Source of the DNA: Antedon mediterranea
Taxonomy: Eukaryota; Animalia; Echinodermata
Assembly (NCBI RefSeq): GCF_964355755.1
Contig: NC_092676.1
Location: 28,786,871 to 28,850,870 of the forward strand
DNA length: 64,000 nucleotides
Reading direction: 5' to 3'
Shown piece by piece: positions 1-12,233 of the stretch (position 1 is the first letter of the stretch; every line of letters begins with the position of its first letter). Under the pieces are notes generated by a model. It was not told where the DNA came from, ran no database searches, and worked only from the letters and a program-made list of their open reading frames with translations. A program made the translations under genes and the position numbers.

Positions 1-119
1 AACTATTGCATACTATCTATATGACCGAACATTTAGCTTACGAAATAAAGACGCGACAATAATAAAGATATTATCTTTCATTCTCCAAAACTATTTTTTA
101 TTTATTTTTTTTAAATCAG

Positions 120-643
120 GATTGTTTCCAGTCGGTACAAATATTCTGATGGCCGAAATTACCGGCGCCGAAGCGGAACGAGTTGAATCCTTGTCTGATG
201 ACGTAATCAAATGTGAAATCGAGGCAGTACTACGCGTAATGTTCGGAGAGGGTATTCCCAATGCCACCGACATCCTGGTATCTGGTTGGTCACGGAATCC
301 TCTGGTGTTGGGTTCATACTCTCTTTGGCCACCGGAAATAGAGTTAGAGTGTTTCCGAGCGAAGATGAAGTCACGTGTAAACAACATTTTCTTTGCTGGA
401 GAGTGTACGAGTGAAGATAATGGTTATGTGCAGGGCGCCCTCGAGAGTGGGGTAAGAGAGGGACTTAAGATCGTAAACTGCCGAACTAATGGGGAAGATT
501 GTCCACAGTGGTCTGGTGGCAACCAATCATGCTTCTGTAATGCAGCAAATATATTGTCTTTTGAATTAGGAAAGTCTTTTGAATTGCATTTATTCGTCAG
601 TATACTCTACATTGTTGTATATTTGATTGAGGAAACATTTTAA
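120..643 (+). CDS. Terminal exon of a flavin-dependent polyamine oxidase (plant/fungal PAO-like) with hydrophobic C-terminal tail; upstream exons lie outside the window
   Basis: Acceptor aatcag at 119. Translation has IPNATDILVSGW..NP..LGSYSLWP and IFFAGECTSEDNGYVQGALESG, matching the C-terminal FAD-binding motif of amine oxidases (maize PAO DATDILVPRW...FTGEHTS..NGYVHGAYLSG). Stop taa 641-643. Confidence 0.85.
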
Positions 644-1716
644 TGAGTATCGTACATTAATGGATGTGTTTTAACGTATATGCATATACACTATACATAC
701 AGTATTATACTGTAGGCGGACAGTAGTCAATTATTATCATAGTTGTTTAGAATTGTCAGTAATTACATATTCTCAATTAGTTTTTGTTTGATGGTAAATA
801 AGTACGGTAAGTTTTAAGAGCAATGGCATATATTAAATTGTAACTTTCTATTGAACATTGTTCTTTTTTATTTATCTTATGAAATCTTCATAAATAAGTA
901 ACTAATAATATTATAGTTTTATATTCTCGAGCGCCAGGCGGTTCCACTGGGTTGCCGCGCCTCTCTATTAAAATGTGTAACGCCCTTTATAGTGTCAAAA
1001 CTTTTTCTCACGTGGAGAAACGAAGTACACACACATTCGCTAATCAGAAAAACGGAGCGAGCGCACAGATCAAAAAGTTTTGTAAGTAGGCCTAGCCTAG
1101 GGGAGATTATAAGATTATTCTGTTTGTATTAAGTAGTGTAGTTAGTGGTTTTTAGTATCTTAATTACTTTAACTAGACCATGGATGTAGTAAATTAACCC
1201 ACAGTTATGTCCATATTCTAAAATCTTTGACGACAAGTAACCTAGGCCTAGGCCTAGCCATACTCGAGTCGTAAATATGTAGTAGTAGTGGGCCACTCAC
1301 CATGCCCGTGCCCAGCCAGATCTTGTGCAGGCGATGTGGCTGGGCCTAGCTGAGGTAAATAAGGCTGGTACTTCGTGGTACATGTGTATGCTTGGTTAAA
1401 CTATTTCCTTTAATTATAAATGTGATGCATAATTGAATAAATTATATTTTCAATCTTATTTATACTAGGCTAGCCTCTAGGCCTACACAGGCCTAGGCTA
1501 GGCCTAGTTTCATAATTTAATTTAAAGGCTCGACTAGTTTAGGCCTACTCTATAGTACTAGGCTACTATTCTAGACTACTAGCTAGGTCCTAGCCATGAG
1601 GCTAATAAACTAGGCTTACTACTACCTAACTACTACATAGGTAGACCTACTCTACTAGCTTATAAATAAAGATTTTCTACACTCTAACATTTGCTGTTTG
1701 CAGTCAGCCAGCCAGG

Positions 1717-4700
1717 ATGAGTGAAGCAACCACCAGTTTATTCCTGTCGATGTCACATTCAAAGGTTGTTGAAGGTAAGGCTTAGCCTTTTCCTTACACC
1801 ATTTATATTTAGAATAAATGAATTTATTTTCTTTTCCTTTTATGTTAATTGTACAATGTTGACAATGAATATTAATTTATTTCAGAGTTTATTGAGGAAG
1901 TGAAGAATGACCATTCTGACCTTGCCTGTTGTAAAGCTTTGGAAAGACTTTGTGCATATGTGGATGATTTATTCAAAGAAAATACAACAATCGTTCCTGC
2001 CAACATCACTGATGAGGTAAATCTGTCAATTGAGCTCAACCCCTCCCCGATCATTACAAATTGGGTCAGTAGCCTACATACTGGTAAATAAATGATTGAA
2101 TTAAATTAATGACCATAATACCACTATAATCAACATTTCTTTTTAACAACAAAAGTAGTCTTTTCTTTTTTTCATTTAAGCTACAAAATTTAGCAGTCAT
2201 TCTGTGGAATATTGCGGTTGCAAAAAAAACTGGAAACAACCTGGAGAAAAACGCTAATGCAAAATGCACGTAAAACAATCACAATCATCATCATTTGATC
2301 CTCACCACCTTTCACAATGTCGTGAAGTTTCTATTGGCATTAGATTTACTACTGTCTAGTATTTATTATTAATTTCCAAATAAATTATCAAATTATTTAC
2401 ATCTATTCTTATTATTTAAATCACAGTGAGGCATTGTTCATGTCTGCTCTCATTCCAAGAGCAGAATTTATCCAGCAATCCTGTACTCCTAAAACGACAG
2501 ATCATGGTAGGTTTTTCTTTTTTTTTTTCAATTTTTTTCAATTCCAACCTCCAGTACACTGAGTATCATCTTTGTAGCTAATTTTTTTACAAATGAGTTT
2601 GATTATTGAACACTTTTAAATGGGTAATGGGTTTTTTATTCTAATAAAAGGAACACATTTTATTTATTAATTATTTGTGGTTTTTCATAATTAAATGTTT
2701 TCCCTTTTCAGATGGCAATCAAGACATCCAGAGCATGGATTGGTCTGTATATCATATTTTTACAATCCTCTGCATAGAAAATAATTGTATTATTGAATAT
2801 AGAAATGTTTTTAGAGGCGTTCATCTCTGTTTTTTGCAGATAGTGATAATCCAATGTTAGCGGATACATCTCTCAACTGGGCTATGCAGGTATCAACTTA
2901 CTTTTTTCTACCAGTTACTAATTTTTGCACTCATAACTATCTTTGCACTTGTTACTATTTTCCCCCTTTTTCTTTTGATTCCGCCGTTACTATTTTTGCA
3001 CTTGTTACTATTTTTCCCCCATTACTATTTTTGCACTTGTGACTATTTTTGTTTTTTAAATACAATAACTTTTATGTTAATATTTTACGAATAGAGCATT
3101 GAAAAGTTCAAATCATTCTTAGAGAATGAAGTTTCTGACAGCACAAAATCTGAAATGGAGGAATTACAAAGAAATATGTTTAAAATGTTAACATACAGAG
3201 TTGAGTCAGTGAGTGTAACAAACTTTAAATTATTAAATAATGTTTATTTTAATTTTTATTAATATTAAATTAAAGCGTTCTCAAATATAAAGATATGCAA
3301 TATAAATTTGTTGTTTAAACATTTTTCAAACAAATTGCAGGCTTGTCTGCAAGGAAAAACTGAAACTGCTTTGGAAGCTCTTCAAAGTGCTAAGGACTTG
3401 ATACCAATCATGCCAAAAGAGGTAACAAGTTAATTTGTATTGTCCCCCAAAAACATGAAAAATGAGGATAATAAAATCAGATTTTGAATAGGCCATTTGC
3501 TGTTTTAAACAAAAATAAATATTTCACTTTATAAAAAGACAAAATAAATGGAATTAAAAATTCAATCAAAAACCCATCTGACAGCCAATTTAACCATTTT
3601 TTTGGCTTTAAAATACAGTTTTTTCAGGGAAATAATTTTTTTTTTATCCAACTTTAGTCAAATGCAATAACTATTATGTGACATTAAAATGGCATATTCA
3701 ACAACTAAAATTAAAAAAAAACAATATTTTTTTATGGGGACAATATATCTTTATTAACATTCTTTCCCCATATAGGTACTTTTTTTTCTTTATTTTATTT
3801 TTTCATTTTCTATACAATTTTTAGATGTAACAAAAGAGAATGGAATGAAATGATTCCTAAGCTTGCCATTAATCTATTTTCAGGCACCTTATTTATGTGT
3901 CATGTGTTACAATGCGGGTTGTGAAGGCTACAAGAAAAAGGACTACAACACATCTGCCATGTGGCTACGGTAACACACAAACGTTTACAATAATTGTTGA
4001 CTTTTAGTTTTAACAATCAATCCACAGATTCTGGAGGCAAACAATTTACATTCAGTTTTTATTCTATCCTTTAGTGAGAGTGTTGAACTTGGTAAAAGTG
4101 ATCACTCAATTGGCTCTGAAAACCAGGTAATGAATTCTAATGTAATCAATTTAAAATATGAATAAAATGACACACAAAAAATGAGTAGAAACGAAACTTA
4201 CCCTAACCCTAACCCGGAAAGAAAGGTTGAAATAATGTTGAAAACTTATTCCCAATTGGTTCCTTAGATAATAGTACGTTAGATTATAATATATATGCTA
4301 TGTCATACAGTATATATCTCAAAATTATTACAATAACTTTTGCTTTAATAGATTGTATTTTGTTAAATATTATTTTTAGGCTAAAACGCTTCGTTTGTTG
4401 GCTACAGTGTACATTGACTGGGATATTAAACAGTACATGCAGAAGGCATTGAATGCTGTTGGACTTGCAAATGCTGTGAGTATGGCAATTATGTATTAAG
4501 CTCTGTCTACACTATCAAACATTATGTGACAAAAAAATGTGCTGTGCCCATATATGGATAATGTTATATCACTACCATATTATAATACCATATTATTATA
4601 ATAACGTAAGTGTAAACAGTTTACAAATGTTTTGACTACAGGAATATTGCCATCCAGTTGGGTTATACCTAAAGTTGCAAATACTGTTGAAAGGAGACTA

Positions 4701-7700
4701 TACAGATAGCCGAATACAGTCAGGTAAAACAGAATTTTTTTTTTGCTTCAAGTCAAGCATCAGTGGCGCTCACTGGCTAAACCTATAGGCCTCGGAGGTT
4801 ATGGGGCAGTGCCCAGAGGAAAAGACAGGCATTAAAATATGTCCACAAAAAATGATAAAAACTCCTGAGGTCTCTGCGTGGGAGGGCCACTTAGGGTTCC
4901 TAAACCAGGGGCCTCAGGTCTCTACGTTACGCCACTGTCAAACAGCCAACCTATGCATGTTTCATATTCTTTTCAACTAAAATAGGTTGTGAATTTAACT
5001 ATTGCACAATGTATTAGATTGCATAATGTTTGGTTTTTAAGTGATATTTTTATTTTTCAGCCCTTGATGATATCATACGTCACAGTGATCTTGGAATAGA
5101 TACAGCTATACAGACAGTTAATCTTCTTGCAACTAACACTAGGTGAACATATAGTTTATACTTTACTTACTTAATCCATGGAGGACTCCATGCTTAGTCT
5201 GACATACCCAAACTTGTATGGCTACATTCTTCCATAATATCAAGTTTTTAGAAATGTTCCACTATTATATGTATTTTTTAATTGTTTTTAAAGATTTGAT
5301 TTATTAGCATTTGATGCTTGCAAGAAATTGACAAGAAAGTTTGAAGGCTCACACGTAGTAGGACAGATAGTGCTGCTACATTTGGATATGCTATTAGAAA
5401 GAAACATGAACCAGCCTGCTAAGGACATGATAGAGGACTTTCTTACTGGTAAGCAATTCAAGTCACTTTTAAGATCTCACCTTCAATCATTCTTGTTGGT
5501 CTTTTAGCACTCTGTGAGAAAAAATGATCATTAATCATATCATGTCCTCATATCGTCATTAAATCATATCATCATCATTGAATCATATCATCTTGTGATG
5601 GTAGAAGAAAGGAGGTACTACTACCACTGCTGAATATTGTCATTTGGTATGCTGATGACTCAATATCTTTACAGCAATTAAAAAATGTTATTATATTTAA
5701 ACTATAGGTCCTTTGAATCTTCTGGACATTGACATCAAAACAAGACTTCACATAGTGCTTTGGTCAAAGGCTGCAGATTCTTTTGAGGTGTTGTATTTTT
5801 TATATTTTATTTCAAATTAATTGAAAAATATTAAAACAAAATTGGTATTGAGATAGAGATAGAGGTGTTGTATTGTTTGTATTTTATTTCAAATTAATTA
5901 ACTTAAACAAAGTGGGTACTGAATGTGTTCCTTAGGTATATCCTGAATAGGAGTGTTCCAAGGCGAGTTGGTTTGCTAGTTCTATGGTCCTAAAATGGTT
6001 TTTAATTGGAAGTGTCCCAATGGAGTATGTATGGGGCAAATTAAAAACCACTTTTGTACTGTACTTATTTGCAGAAGACTGACTACAATGACTCACTGAC
6101 TTGGTACAACTATTCACTCAGTTTGTTTAGTTCAGATAAAGGCAGTAAGAATCTTGCTAAACTACAGCGTAACAGAGCATCCTGCTTTCTGGCTCTCAAC
6201 AACATTTCAAAGGTAAACCACACCATCAAACAGAAGCACTTTAAATGGGAACTCACCAATTTGCTTTCTAAACCAAGTCTCATGTGTGTGTTGTATGGGA
6301 CATTGGGAATAATCCTAGATTTGAACCAATGTGATGTATTACTAGTAGTGGAGCCTTAACTTGGTGGTTAACATGCTGCCTTCCAATCCCAAGGTCCAGG
6401 GTTCAATCCTGACCTATTGCCAGGGTTGTAACTCCACTCCACTCCCTAAAGCTCTGTCTACACTATCAAACTTTATGTGACCACAAAAATGTGTAAAATA
6501 GTTTATCCATAAATAAATAAGAGAGTTACTCGCTATTGGATGTGTATGAATTTTTTTTAAAGAAAATTATTTTTATGTGTGATTCTCCATTGATGAAATG
6601 TTCATTTCAATTTTGTTAAAGGCTGAAGAAACAATAGAAGAAGCTGCCAAGCATGACGGAACAAACTCTTACACTTACTTTCTGATGTATAAAGTAGCAC
6701 TTATGAAAGGGCAAGATTCTAGGGGTATGTACCTTTGCTTATGCCTTCTTTTAAACCCGTTTAAAATTGAAAATAAACTTCATTATTTTGCACTCATTTT
6801 ATTGTTTTCTATATTAAAATGTCAAAGCTATTGAATCTGTTAAGAAGATGTGTGAAGAAAAAAATGATAAATCATTGGATAACATTACTGATGATGACAT
6901 CACTGATGACATCATTGAGGTCACGTCAAATGATGAGAAAGAACCTGAAGGAGAGGTGCAAAACAAACATGGATTGATATGCATCGCTGCACAATTAGCT
7001 TTTGAGGTAAATCAGTGTACAATTTAAATATATTAATGATTTGTGAATTTTAATGGAATAAATATTAATAATATGTAGGCCTATTTACCAACGTTTTTAA
7101 TCATAGTCTAAACCCAGCTCCCATAAAATATCGTTTTCAATATAATCATGATAGAAATATATACATTATCATATTGATGGTTGTTTTATGTAGAAGAGTA
7201 ACCGAGTAGTTGCAGTGAAGGCATTGGAAGCGTTGGTGTCCAGCTCAAGGGATACAACCCAAGTGCTTACAGCCATTAGGTAAGGAAGCTTGGTGTCTAG
7301 CTCAAGGGATACAACCCAAGTGCTTACAGCCATTAGGTAAGGAAGCTTGGTGTCTAGCTCAAGGGATACAACCCAAGTGCTTACAGCCATTAGGTAAGGA
7401 AGCTTGGTGTCCAGCTCAAGGAATACAACCCAAGTGCTTACAGCCATTAGGTAAGGAAGCTTGGTGTCTAGCTCAAGGGATACAACCCAAGTGCTTACAG
7501 CCATTAGGTAAGGAAGCTTGGTGTCTAGCTGGAAAAAACATAACCAAAATGCTCAGGAAATTAGGAAAATGTTTGACAGCAAAAAGCTTATAGACAAATT
7601 CAATATTTTAATTGACATCAATAATAATCTGTACGTTACTACTTTTTTTTCTCCAGATGTTTGGTCCGATTGAAAGTGACTTTGATGGAAGGCTTAGATG

Positions 7701-10700
7701 ATAAGAAGTAAGACTTGTTAATTGTTTCAATTTCAACCATATTTGTAAATGACTCACAATTGACGAAAATCTCTAAAATATATTACATTTTCTTTTTTCA
7801 GGTGTGAATATGAGACAATTTTATCATATTTAAAGACTGGTACGTTTTCTATATTAATAAATTGTTGAAATAGCTGTAGGCCTTTAACATAAAGAGTAAA
7901 GTACACCACATGCAGAGAAAAGGCTTCTAATTTATCAGAAATCAAAGATCATTCATAGTATTCATGTCTGTATATTAAACTTTGTTTACAGCGGTATCAA
8001 AGATCTTAATATTATCAAAAGATACAAGTAGTGATAATCAACTGGTAACAAGGGAATCTACCTGGTTTATGAAGATAGGTATATTTTCAAATTATTTCAA
8101 TTAAAAGAGATATAAATTTAAATATACAGACAAAAAATACATCAAAATTACAATGGTAAACAACAACAAAATTTATTCAAAATGTACATCATAATTCATC
8201 ATAAAACAATTAAATTAATTATTTATATTATTATTGAAATAAATACAGTTCTTTTCTATTAATATGAGATATCTTGTTGTTTTCTGTTTGTGATGCTTTC
8301 TGTTTTGTTTTCAGCTTGGAATCTAGCTCTGCAGTGTACAGAAGAAAACCGTCTAGTCAACTGTTTCTTTACACTTTGCAGCGAGGTAAATACATTATGG
8401 TGTACTATATCCTTTGTATCATAGCTAAGTAGATATTCATTATGTCTTCTTACTTATCTCTTGTACGTGAATTCTGTAATCCGATTGGTCAATATGTATG
8501 AGATATAATTCCGTATTATGCCCATTTACTCAGTCAAGCGGATCAGAAGGGTAATATATCCCGTATTACTTGTTTGATGTTTCTACGCGCGCGTACTGTT
8601 TATGTATTGTATTTTTATCGTTGATGAGTGCATGCGTAGTTGTGATTTCAACCATCGAATATGGTCCAATTCCTTATTTGTGTACACTAAGAGATAAAAT
8701 CGTTGCACCCTGCTTGTTCTTACGAAATACGGGAAATATCTATGTTCTGGTTCCATATTCCATTCAGCCTCATGGAATATGGAACCAGAACATAGATATT
8801 TCCTGTATTCCGTGAACAAGCAGGGTGTAACTAATAATATTCATCATGACTCATTACATATTCATTAAGCTACATGTCTTATTCATTTTAGTTCTCCAGC
8901 TTTGGTGAGGAGGATGCAGGAAGCCTGGTTCGCCAGAAGACTTGTCATTTGATGTCAGCAGCATCCTGCCTACAAGCTGCCAGAGACACCACTAATAAAA
9001 CTGAAAAGGTCTTTTAATCCCCATCTGAATTTGGTTCTCTTGGTTATAAAGGCTAGGCATAAATGCTTATTGGTCCATCATGAAAACAACTTATGATTTT
9101 ACTTTCCTGATTTACATTAGTATGATTATGGCTCTGATTAGCTTTTTTGTGAAATTAGTTAACTTTGTTCCCAAAATGTGTGGCGCTACTGTGTTTATTC
9201 ACTTAATGGACTCAAATTGACCAAATCCAGACCAACAGACTCTTTCAACAATAAGACTTGCTTTATTATGGAATAATTCTAGCTACCTGTACTAAAATAA
9301 GATTACTAATATCATCATTTGTAGATGGACTTCTTAAGCCTTGCCCTGAACCATGTCAATGATTGTCAGAGAATTAGTCAGAAGTTGCCAACCGGTGACA
9401 GGACAGCTAAAGACAACACGGCAGTACTGATGCTACTGTATGAGTTTGAAGCATTAGCAAGGCTAGGACAAGCAGATAAGTTGATGGGTGTACTTGAAAA
9501 GGCTGCAGCATTGCCTTACAAACAGACAAAAACATTTGAAACAATAGCAGGTATTTAGACATCACTTAATTCCTTCTTTATTGTGAATGCTCAATTAGAG
9601 AAACGTTTTCGTAATTCCGAAATTATACATTCCATGAGTTGTTTCCATATTTTTCTGTTTTGGGCTGGGTGATTTGTTATTGTGGTAAAGTCTACATTTT
9701 TACCTTTTAAATCTTTTTATTTGGTTTATCTTTTAGTCTTCCTGGTGATCTTTTTACTTTCTTTTTAGTTTCCTTCCTTTATTGTTTAATTGGTGTTTCA
9801 TCCGGCAGTCTAATTGGATTGGATTGGAACACATGAAACAAGTAAATCGCCATTACTTAATCGTTTTAAAATCTTATATCACAACAAGATGCTATTCAAT
9901 GTTTCAGGCTTATGTATGGCGACATCTATTGGATATAAAGACGTAGCTTTAAAAGCTCTTGACATAGCGTTCCAAATGCATATATGGCTAACGATAGCAT
10001 TGACTACAAGAAATTCAGGTAAGATGATTTTACAATGTGACCTTTGACATAATAATGTACTTTTTCTATATTTTAAATATATAGATATAAATCCAAAGGT
10101 AAATTACTGAAAAAATGACAACGCTGTGGGTATCAGTGTCTGGATCTCAATGGAGATACAAAATAAAATAGAGAGCTTTCGCTATCTCGATCGGGAACGA
10201 GCCGCCGAGAAAGTAAGGGTTTTTTGTGTATGACGTCATTAGTTTATGTGAAATTTTAATTAACTAATGCTCGTAGCCGCGCTGGTTCTCGTTCCCGATC
10301 CGAGATAGCGAAAGCTCTCTAAAATAAGCAAAAAGCTAAATCAAAATGATAAAGTAAAACAGCCAGAAAAAGTAGCAGAGCTTTTGGGCAACACTAACCC
10401 TTTATTGGTGCAAGTACAGCTTTTGGGCGACACTAGCCCTTTATCGGTGCAAGTACAGCTTTTGGGCGACACTAACCCTTTATCGGTGCAAGTACAGCTT
10501 TTGGGCAACACTAGCCCTTTATCATCATCATTTTGTTTTCATACGCATCCAACAATGAGTACTCACCAACTACACTTTAATTTTGAATGTGGATTTAGTA
10601 TTATTGCTTTTAATACTTTTCAGTAAAGTTATACACAGTCTAGTGGAGTTAACATTACAAGAATCAAACAAACAAACCATAAAAGAAAGATCATGGGGCA

Positions 10701-12233
10701 TCTTAGAGAAATCATTGGACATCATTAAACGAGCAAAGGTTTCATACTTCATTATTTTCTATAGTAATTTTAAAACTCTTTCTACACTATCAAACTACTT
10801 TGACAAAAAAAGTGTGATATGCCCAAATATGGTAGTAATTTAACATCATGTCCATATATGGGCACATCACATTTTTGTTGTCACATAAATTTTGATAATG
10901 TAAACAGAGCTTTAGAATTGTTTTTTTCAAAAACCTGGAGTTTCGTTTCATTTTTTATTTGAAAAAACGTCTGTGACTTCTAAAGATTCAATGAATCTCT
11001 ATAGCTCGCAAGCCAGAAGTTAATTAATTTTGTTTTTATTTTTTGAAGGGTGATTATCCAGAGATAGAAGTACAGTGGTTGATGACAAAGGCATGGAATA
11101 CAGGCATTCACTTGTACAGGTATGTCACTGACTGTATAGGCCTACTTCCCCTTCCCCAAGACCATTTAATTTATTTATTCACTCATGTTGTTTCTAGTTA
11201 GTGTCTGGTGTGATGGTGGTAAATTAAATGGAGAAACTATTCACTCTATTCTATGAAACTTATCTGGTGTGATGGTGGTAAATTAAATAGAGAACCTTTT
11301 TTTTTAAATTTATTTTAGTGGGCACACTAGCTAGTTACCATTTTGATGAAATACAGGGTTGTGGGTTCAAATCTCATAAAAGTCATGATGCACTAGCACT
11401 GATTCTATGAAACTTTATCTTAAACTCTTTTACACTATCAAACTAGTTTAAAAAAGCATAATGTGCCCAAATGTGGTAGTGATATTGCCAAATATGGCAG
11501 TGATATGACATCATCATGTCCATATTTGGGCACATCACATTTTTTTGTCACATAAAGTTTGATAGTGTAGACAGAGCTTTATATCTTATGTTATTTTCTA
11601 TTAGTGCTAATCAGCATATTGAAGCTGAGAAGTGGTGTTCAATGTCTATCAAGTACCTCATTTACTTGCCAACAATCAGGCCTAACTATGAGGCGCATGT
11701 AAGTACCAACATTCATTCTTTTAAATGTGTTTATAAAAAAAAATGGCAAAATCAGCACTGTGGTCATGTTACATGAGTTGTCAAAACAATATAGATTATC
11801 TGATAAACTCCTAGAAAATAGGAAACCTTTTGCTATTTTTGCCACTGTTATGTAACATTGATAAAGCATGAAAAGAACCTAAGCATACTTTCCACTGTTG
11901 AAAACTTATACGCATGCAACATCTTCCAAAATCACCTCCTGAGATGAAATCTAAATCGAAATACTGGAATACAGAAATGAAAAAGTTGTTATCATCATTG
12001 ACAGTGCCTACAAATTATATTTCAAGCATGTTTTCCACTAAATCTAGAAAACTTTATGCATGCAACATCTTCCAAATCTTCTCGAAATACTGGAATATAG
12101 GAATAAAAAAGTTGTAATCATTGATAGTATCTGCAAATTATGTTTTAATATTTATTTTTAGATGCAAAACATATATACTGAAATTTTAACCAGGATTGAG
12201 AACGATCAGGCAAAAGTAGGAACAGAAGAATAG
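1717..12233 (+). CDS. TEX11: Testis-expressed protein 11 (ZIP4/SPO22 TPR meiotic crossover factor), ~30 coding exons; one apparent frameshift near 9981
   Basis: Exons start at ~1717,1886,2181,2427,2712,2840,3095,3341,3884,4075,4380,4642,5061,5294,5708,6074,6622,6828,7194,7657,7802,7992,8315,8892,9325,9908,10624,11049,11605,12162. Spliced peptides [95 protein letters not shown] and AEKWCSMS match TEX11. Confidence 0.92.
3437..3750. mobile_element. Non-autonomous DNA transposon, decayed copy of the element at 13891-14206
   Basis: Inverted termini tgtattgtcccc...ggggacaata; internal sequence collinear with the 13891 copy. Confidence 0.7.
4761..4937. mobile_element. hAT-like MITE
   Basis: TIRs cagtggcg...cgccactg flanked by an imperfect 8-bp duplication (tcaagcat / tcaaacag). 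Confidence 0.65.
7226..7530. repeat. 57-bp tandem repeat (~5.3 copies) spanning a TEX11 exon end and its 5' splice site
   Basis: Unit cttggtgtctagctcaagggatacaacccaagtgcttacagccattaggtaaggaag; GT donors at 7280, 7337, 7394, 7451, 7508. Confidence 0.95.
10118..10523 (-). mobile_element. Dispersed repeat (Penelope-like terminal remnant) ending in 39-bp tandem units, interrupted by a MITE
   Basis: Collinear with 46554-46696 (gctgtgg.tatcagtg.ctgga..caatggagatacaaaataa...gtaaaacagccagaa). The minus strand has a decayed hammerhead architecture. Confidence 0.55.
10170..10320. mobile_element. MITE with ~30-bp TIRs
   Basis: agagagctttcgctatctcgatcgggaacgag ... ctcgttcccgatccgagatagcgaaagctctct; absent from the homologous copy at 46590; flanked by TA/AAAAT. 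Confidence 0.85.
10774..10911. mobile_element. Harbinger/Tourist-like MITE family A
   Basis: TIR agctctgtctacactatcaaact, TAA/TTA flanks, internal catatcactaccatatttggg units. Confidence 0.8.
11423..11579. mobile_element. MITE family A
   Basis: Same TIRs and internal 21-bp units as the other family A copies. Confidence 0.8.

Noticed and set aside
1007-1016. E-box CACGTG in the TEX11 promoter as a germline-repression site
   Set aside because: A single hexamer is expected by chance; no supporting evidence in the sequence.
4199-4216. Telomere-like ccctaa repeats
   Set aside because: Only ~2.5 units; not meaningful.
6347-6425. tRNA-like sequence
   Set aside because: Has A/B-box-like motifs but no complete cloverleaf; most likely a decayed SINE head.
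7169-7504. 111-aa repetitive ORF
   Set aside because: Antisense reading of the 57-bp splice-junction repeat.
8450-8835. CpG-richer intronic block resembling a non-autonomous element
   Set aside because: No clear TIR, TSD or second copy in the window to support a class.
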